This document shows positions 51,449 to 54,543 of a DNA stretch of 54,543 nucleotides, in pieces. This DNA is from Prorocentrum cordatum. Its lineage: Eukaryota. The stretch spans positions 62,001 through 116,543 of the forward strand of contig CAUYUJ010000231.1 in assembly GCA_963575745.1 (NCBI GenBank), read 5' to 3'. The translations under genes and the position numbers were made by a program. Each line of letters opens with the position of its first letter. Within the stretch, counting starts at the first letter, position 1. Below the pieces are notes generated by a model. The model had not been told where the DNA came from. It worked only from the letters and a program-made list of their open reading frames with translations, and made no database searches.

Positions 51449-52000
51449 ATGGCGGCGCGGGTCCCGCGGTGCCTCGCCGCGCTGGTGCTGCTCGCCGCGG
51501 CGGAGGGCGCGTGCCCGGGCGCGGACGGCACCTGCGCCGGGGGCGAGGAGGAGGCGGCGTTGCTCCAGCAGTCCTCGCGGCAGGCGATTGCGCAGTCGAG
51601 CAGCTGTGACACGTCTGGGTGTACGGGCTGCAGCGGCGAGCAGTGCCAGCTCTGCTATGACGAGAAGGCGAAGGAATGCTGCCTGGACCAGTTCTGCAGG
51701 GGCTGTTCTGGGGAGCAGTGCACCTACTGCCGCAACGACCACATGGCAGGGTGCTGCGCTGGTAAGCACCCAGGGACCCCCGGTTGCAGTGGGCCCAGTC
51801 CGACACCGACACCATCGCCACCATCGCCGACGCCGAACACGCTCGGCTGCACAGCAACGCCAGCGGGCACCTGCGGGAACCCAGACATCCTGTGCTACTG
51901 GGAGCCGAGCTGCGCGAACGGGGGGCTCTGCTGCAAGGCGGACGGCAAGACAAACCAGTGCAAGTTCTGCGGTGTCGGCTCGTGCGGCGCCTGCCCGTGA
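51449..52000 (+). CDS. Secreted cysteine-rich protein, copy 2 (apparently identical to copy 1)
   Basis: Offset 4661 bp from copy 1. Translations in several frames are identical across the CDS. Confidence 0.9.
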   Translation: MAARVPRCLAALVLLAAAEGACPGADGTCAGGEEEAALLQQSSRQAIAQSSSCDTSGCTGCSGEQCQLCYDEKAKECCLDQFCRGCSGEQCTYCRNDHMAGCCAGKHPGTPGCSGPSPTPTPSPPSPTPNTLGCTATPAGTCGNPDILCYWEPSCANGGLCCKADGKTNQCKFCGVGSCGACP

Positions 52001-52232
52001 AGGGCGGTAGGCGTCTTCGCTGCGAGGACACCTTGGCAGGAAGGATGCGAATCGCATTGGGTCAGCTCTCTGTCGGGCATCGGGGTTCGATGCTTAACAG
52101 ATCCCCGAACTATGGCAATTCTTCCATAGTCGTCCTCATCACCCGCCCTGGGTGGCGTTTTTTAAACCATTGTAGGCGAATTCGAGCCTCTGCTTCATCA
52201 GCTTGGTCTGCACGGTGCACTCCGGCAGTTAG

Positions 52233-53293
52233 AATTCTAAACGCTTCGCGTAACCCCACCAGCCCATCCAGGAACGAAGCCCAGAGGAATTGCCTCGATC
52301 AGGGAAGTGGGTAGCACACAGAGGAAGGCCCCCCCAGTGGAGGCCTCTTTGAGCGTCTTGGGGGCCTCCTGGCGGTCCCGGACGCCTCAGAGCGTCTTGG
52401 GTGCCTCGGAGAGCTTCTTGGGGCTTCTGGGGGTTTTCTTGGGGGCCTCTTGGGCGCCTGTTGGGGCCTCCTGGGGCCTCCTGGGCGCTTCTTGGGGCCC
52501 TCTTGCAGCGCCCTTGGGAGCGCTCTTGGAGCCATCTTGAAGCCTCGGGTGGCCATCGAAAGCGAAAAGGCGAGAAAGCCAAAACCATTGATGTTCCTAA
52601 GGTTTTGGAAGGATGTTGGCCTCTTCGGGGCCTCCTGGGGGAGCTCTTTGGCCACGTGTAGCCGTCTTGGATCGGTCTTGGGGCCTCTTGCAGCATCGTG
52701 GGAGGCATCTTGAGGCATCCTGGGATATTTTGAGCCATCTTAGAGGTCATCTTGGGCTCTCCCAGGCGCTCTTGGAGTCATCTCAAGCAGTGTCCCCCCC
52801 CTCCAGGAGGCCAACATGTGGCAAAAACATACTAGAGTCAATGATTTTGGCATTGTCGTCGAGGCCCCTTGGAACATCTTCGGTACCTCCGGGGGGCCTC
52901 TTGGGGGTCTCTTGGGAGCGTCTTGGGGGCATCCTGGGGGCCTCTTGGGGGCCTCGTGGGGCCTACTGGCCACCTCTTGGGGCCCTCTTGGGCACCCTTG
53001 GGAGCCTTGGGAGCGCTCGTGGGGCCATCTCGGAGGAGATCGATCAACGAAGGGGGGGTCCTGAGTTAGACTTGCCCCCCCAAGAGGCCAATTAAATGAG
53101 GCCCAAACCCGAGTAAAACCAATGATGTTGCCGTCCTCGCCGGGGCCGTTTTGGACGCCCTGACCGCTCGCGGGGCGCCCCGTCCAGGTCCTGGGGGTAG
53201 GGGGAGGGGTAAACCCCTTCCCCGAAGGGGAAGAAAAGGGGGGTGGAAGAGGAGCCGCCCTAGACCACCTACGCCCAGAGGGGTGGTGGGATT
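52233..53293 (-). mobile_element. Helentron/HINE-like element, copy 2
   Basis: Near-identical to 49128-50187 (offset about 3105), with one substitution in the distal inverted repeat. Confidence 0.55.
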
Positions 53294-54256
53294 CCTGCTC
53301 TTGGGAAACAGGCGTCGCGCGTCACAGGGCTGCTGTTGTGTAGCGCGCGGTGCCGGCTACCAGAGCACATTTTGGTCTAAAAGCAGATGCACCATGATGA
53401 TAAAGTGCAGCGCTCCCCAGGCAATGTCTCCCGAGTGCTCTGACCCGCGCCATCCACGGTACCGCATAAGCGCCTGCATTGTCGAAACGCGGTGTCCGCC
53501 CCATCGCCGACGCGCACGCACAAACAACACCGCACACACACACACACACACGACACACACACACACCACACATCACACACACACACACACACGCACGCCG
53601 TCACACAACACACACCACAACATCCTAACTAAGATTGTGCCAGCAGCGCAGTCGGATGGCATGCGACTTCGTTTTCAAACAGTGTGTACTCGTATGGCAA
53701 TCCCCACGCACATAACGTTGTTTCGTTGAAGTTTCCAACCGCTCCACGGGTTGGGGCGAATCGCTCGTTTTATAAGTTCGGTTGTCGCTACAGCGTTGCA
53801 CACAGCCGTTTCAAGAGCCCACCATCATTACGCGATCGGATCAGGACTCGTTGACAACATGAAGCTGTCGCTTCAGTGCGGCGCGCACACCTACGAAGAA
53901 GATGCAACAGCCATGCGACGAGAGGGCTCTAAGGTTAGTGCCGCGCAGATTCAACTTACAAGTAGGAAGGAGTGCTGTCGTCGTTCGATGCATTGTTCAT
54001 GCCTGCATCTGAGTGAAAGGACAACGGCTCAACGCCAGCAGCTGAAACATGTGCAATATACACGTGGGTTGAGAGTGGTTCCTGTTCCAAATTGAGCTTT
54101 CGCGTGAGACATCTTTGCAATCTTACCGCCCCAACTTCGCAGTGTTCGCAGCAGCTGTACGGACTGCGGGCGGCTCCTTGCCAGAACAGGGCTCTCTTTG
54201 TACAGCGTTTTCGGCTAAAACTATGTGTGGTCCATCTAGCCGGAAGGGTGGATGGG

Positions 54257-54543
54257 GTGGTGTACACAGGCATTGCGGTGCACAGGGGCACGGTGGTGCA
54301 CACAGGCATTGTTGTTCACATCTGCGCACAGGTGCACGCAAGCACTGTGGTGTTCACTGGCGCTGTGGTTCACGCAGGCACTGTGTTGTACACAGGAGAT
54401 GTGATGTGGTGTTCCCTGGAGGTCCTCCCAGCGGGCATACCGTGGCGCGCGCGGGTACCGCGTCCGCTGCTCGTGGCTCCTCTATGCAATCCCCCACGCT
54501 GTGCCGATTTGCGGTCTCGAGGCCGAAGGCAGACCCCCGCAGA
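54257..54543 (+). other. Upstream region of a third array unit; its ATG would fall about 79 bp beyond the window end
   Basis: Colinear with 51089-51370 apart from a 5-bp gatgt duplication and a few substitutions. Confidence 0.85.

Overview
This is GC-rich, repeat-saturated eukaryotic DNA. Micro-exons with AG|G acceptors and GA/GC donors, kb-long repeat-filled introns and a tandem array of intronless genes point to a dinoflagellate nucleus (inference). Most ORFs in the six-frame track are artefacts of simple repeats. Four real signals stand out. (1) A + strand gene is split into 20-105 nt exons. Its first two exons (43-70, 2476-2513/2517) join to give RMLVVDPSSRATLQEVMTHPWVQ, subdomain XI of a CAMK-group (SNF1/AMPK-like) Ser/Thr kinase. 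Later exons (19884-32461, perhaps 42472) encode a linker, one transmembrane helix and a tail, and may or may not belong to the same gene. (2) From about 46.4 kb to the window end there is a tandem array (about 3.17 kb basic unit) of an intronless gene for a 183-aa secreted protein with 27 Cys. Two identical CDS copies and the leader of a third are present. Each spacer carries a Helentron/HINE-like element, and spacer 1 has an extra 1.54 kb TIR-bounded segment. (3) A 25-copy 77-bp minisatellite (26547-28457) has a two-hairpin unit and a higher-order variant pattern. (4) There are decayed LINE and DDE remnants, many MITE families, a MITE-interrupted coding fragment and kb-scale microsatellites. 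I found no rRNA, tRNA or CRISPR array. All exon calls were made by eye and need RNA-seq confirmation.
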